Part shown: positions 61,763 to 64,000 of the stretch, piece by piece
Layout: every line of letters begins with the position of its first letter
Numbering within the stretch: the stretch's first letter is position 1
Origin: Paramoeba atlantica
Lineage: Eukaryota; Protista; Discosea
Length of the DNA: 64,000 bases
Assembly: GCA_977017575.1 (NCBI GenBank)
Contig: CDRNVI010000015.1
Location: forward strand, 310,001 to 374,000
Direction: 5' to 3'
Made by a program: the position numbers and the translations under genes
The notes under the pieces: generated by a model
The model's database searches: none
Told to the model about the DNA's origin: nothing
The model's input: the letters and a program-made list of their open reading frames with translations, nothing else

Positions 61763-63205
61763 ATGCTACGACACTTTTCCACAAACCGCCTCTCCTTTGA
61801 GGACTTAAACGACACTACGGAGGATTTCCTCCACGAACGCATCGCTCGCCGACCCTGTGTACTTGGACCCGGAACCGAATTCTTTCTCGATGGCAAACCC
61901 ATCGAACCCATGCTCAGCTCCGCAACCATCACCAAAGCCTTCAGTGGGAGTCACCTCGATTTAAGCGCCTTCAGTCCCGACCTCACCGACGACACCCTCG
62001 GCACCCCCGCCACCCCCCCACTCGGGTCACCCCCTTCCCTCACCCCTCTACGTCAAAACGACCCCTTCCGTTACCCCCACCCCCCCGACCCCCCCTCCCG
62101 TACCCCCGAAAAGCCCCACACCACCGCCGTCCTTGGGGCCCAAAACTACCTCGCGGGGTACACCATCCACGCCCTCCTTGAGCGCGGCCATGAGGTCCGG
62201 GTCATCGTCCCCGACCCCCCGACCCTCCGACGGCTGCGCCCCCTGCAGCAACGCGCCCGGGACGCCCACCGCCTCTCCCTCCACCTCCTCCCCGCCCCGG
62301 GCCCCGATGCGTCCTACGACGAGATCCTCTACGGGGTCGACACCGTGTTCGTTGTCCAGCACGCCGGGGCCGCCCACCTCCCCTCCCCCGGGGCCCTCGA
62401 GGCGTTCACCCGGGTCGTCGGGTCCCTCCGGCGGTGCAGGGAGCCCTCCCAGAGGGACCCGCGGCGCGTGGTGCTGACCGGGCCCTCGGTGAGTGCCGCG
62501 GGGGGGCGTCCGGGGACCGGGGAGGGGGGTGAGGGTCAAACGGTGTGGGAACCGTTCGAGGAGGTCGCGGCGGAGGCCCGGGTGGAGTGGGTGAGACTAC
62601 AGCCCGGGTTGGTGATTGGACCGGTGGGGTGGGGGGATGTGGCGGATGCGACGAGGGTGGTGGAGGATTTGGTGGTGGGTTCGGGGGGGTTTCCGTTTGC
62701 CCCGCGGACGGTGTGGAATTTTGTGGATGTGCGGGATTTGGCCGCGGCGAATGTTGCGGCGATGGAGAGTGCGCGGGTGGTACCGTACGCTTCGGTGGTG
62801 GGGGCGACGTTGACGTTGCCCCAGATTGGGCGATTTCTTATTCAGCTCTACCCCTCGTTGCGCCCCCCTACCAGGGATGCGCCTCATTGGCTTACGATTG
62901 TGCTCACGCTGTGGCGTCACCCCCGGACGAACCTGCGACGGTTGTGGCACAGTCTCGACAATCACCCCTCTGGTCTCGAGGAATCGGAGCAAAAAGATCT
63001 TTGTGTGCGCTATACCCCTTGGCAGCGTACAGTGGAGGATATTGTAGATCAGTTGGTAGCGGAGGAGCTGCTGGTAGTTTCGCCGGAATCCACGAGTTCG
63101 TGGAGTTTTGCGTCGTATGGTGCCGGCATCGCAGCCATTCTTGGAGTGTTGTGCGGTGGTTGGAAGTTTTTAAACTGGCGCAGAAAATATGTGAAATCTG
63201 ATTAA
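61763..63205 (+). CDS. NAD-dependent epimerase/dehydratase (DFR-like extended SDR) homolog with C-terminal TM anchor
   Basis: AVLGAQNYLAGYTIHALLERGHEVRVIV, GVDTVF, RRVVLT, LQPGLVIGP and FVDVRDLAAANVAAME; the catalytic YxxxK is not evident. Confidence 0.75.
   Translation: MLRHFSTNRLSFEDLNDTTEDFLHERIARRPCVLGPGTEFFLDGKPIEPMLSSATITKAFSGSHLDLSAFSPDLTDDTLGTPATPPLGSPPSLTPLRQNDPFRYPHPPDPPSRTPEKPHTTAVLGAQNYLAGYTIHALLERGHEVRVIVPDPPTLRRLRPLQQRARDAHRLSLHLLPAPGPDASYDEILYGVDTVFVVQHAGAAHLPSPGALEAFTRVVGSLRRCREPSQRDPRRVVLTGPSVSAAGGRPGTGEGGEGQTVWEPFEEVAAEARVEWVRLQPGLVIGPVGWGDVADATRVVEDLVVGSGGFPFAPRTVWNFVDVRDLAAANVAAMESARVVPYASVVGATLTLPQIGRFLIQLYPSLRPPTRDAPHWLTIVLTLWRHPRTNLRRLWHSLDNHPSGLEESEQKDLCVRYTPWQRTVEDIVDQLVAEELLVVSPESTSSWSFASYGAGIAAILGVLCGGWKFLNWRRKYVKSD
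61970..62850. other. Second C-rich to G-rich strand-skew inversion island
   Basis: C-rich from ~61970 to 62430, G-rich from ~62490 to 62850, inside the epimerase-like CDS. Confidence 0.88.
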
Positions 63206-63467
63206 TTTTATGACGGTGAGGTGGTCTACGGAGAGACGTTTATGTGTTACGCAATGATCTATCCTTGAATGAAAACTTGAATAATATTCAAGATATCGTT
63301 TTCCCTTCTTTTAGAATAAGATGCAAATGCTTCAATTTTTTTACAGACTATTTTTTTAGTAGGCATCATTATGGCTACAGTTAAATATTGCGGACTAACT
63401 ATATTTTACACTACGGAGACAGCCCCTGGTTGGAAGTTTAGTTTCTTTTCCTCGTACTTTTTCTTTC

Positions 63468-64000
63468 ATGTCCGAGCCAGACAAAGCGTTCATTGTCGCG
63501 CAAGAGTGCGAGGAAATCTTTGATGTGGTAGAAACGGCGAATCTCGCTCGAGCCGCTACATTGAGACTCTCGCATGGGTCCGTTCGGGCACCTGTCTTTA
63601 TGCCTGTTGGCACCCAAGGTGCCATCAAGGGCATTACCTTCGATCAGATGAAAACCCAACTAGATTGCGAAATACTGCTTGCCAACACCTACCACCTGGG
63701 CCTGCGTCCCGGAGAGGAACTACTACGTGACGTTGGTGGTCTTCACAAGCTTGCGGGCTGGAACCGTAGTATGCTAACCGACAGCGGGGGGTTCCAAATG
63801 GTTAGTTTACTTCCGTTGGCGAATATTACTGAGGATGGCGTCTCGTTTGCCTCGAGTCATGATGACACCCGACTTCTGTTACGACCAGAGGATAGTATGC
63901 GGATTCAAAACGCAATCGGGGCAGATATTATTATGCAACTGGATGACGTCGTGCACGTGAGAACGACCGGTCCCCGGGTGGAGGAAGCCATGCACCGTAG
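63468..64000 (+). CDS. QTRT1: Queuine tRNA-ribosyltransferase catalytic subunit (5' part, runs off the window)
   Basis: Manual translation from ATG 63468: [64 protein letters not shown]. Confidence 0.93.
   Translation, partial: MSEPDKAFIVAQECEEIFDVVETANLARAATLRLSHGSVRAPVFMPVGTQGAIKGITFDQMKTQLDCEILLANTYHLGLRPGEELLRDVGGLHKLAGWNRSMLTDSGGFQMVSLLPLANITEDGVSFASSHDDTRLLLRPEDSMRIQNAIGADIIMQLDDVVHVRTTGPRVEEAMHR

Noticed and set aside
62048-63201. Overlapping ORFs in the second skew island
   Set aside because: Same stop-poor artefact; no motifs.
434-63205. Stop-codon reassignment (Blastocrithidia-like code)
   Set aside because: Conserved genes are uninterrupted in the standard code and end in TAA, TAG and TGA.
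1-64000. Spliced-leader RNA, rRNA or tRNA genes, and cis-spliced introns
   Set aside because: No SL exon (AACGCTATT...), rRNA or tRNA structure was seen by eye, and conserved ORFs are continuous.

Overview
Eukaryotic, intron-less, AT-rich window. About 30 host genes all lie on the + strand (one directional gene cluster), often with pyrimidine-rich stretches upstream of the ATG. This layout, plus an XRN-like+EEP editosome exonuclease (KREX type) and a U1-zinc-finger/degenerate RNase III protein (KREPB type), points to a kinetoplastid. DNA transposons and an LRR family suggest a non-trypanosomatid, possibly Perkinsela-like lineage (inference). Recognisable genes: three mitochondrial carriers, LicD, CSE1, SYF1, a YqaJ-domain nuclease, TruD-like, TPR-CHAT, LRR, G-patch, MSH2, ABCF3, two multi-RanBP2 zinc-finger proteins, KREX, PPR, YTM1, KREPB-like, heme-peroxidase-like, NSS transporter, DUF3592, PHF5A, NAD-dependent epimerase-like and a partial QTRT1. 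Mobile DNA: an intact Tc1-like element with DD32E spacing, a decayed pogo (DD35D), a decayed Tc1 (DD34E) with a fold-back over its start codon, and a probable hAT remnant. The most unusual signals are ~1 kb islands inside genes where the + strand flips from extreme C-richness to extreme G-richness, a 3x ~70 bp repeat array resembling AGA-box snoRNAs, a Sororin-like C-terminal motif, and several apparent pseudo-enzymes. All calls are by-eye motif recognition; no database searches were run.
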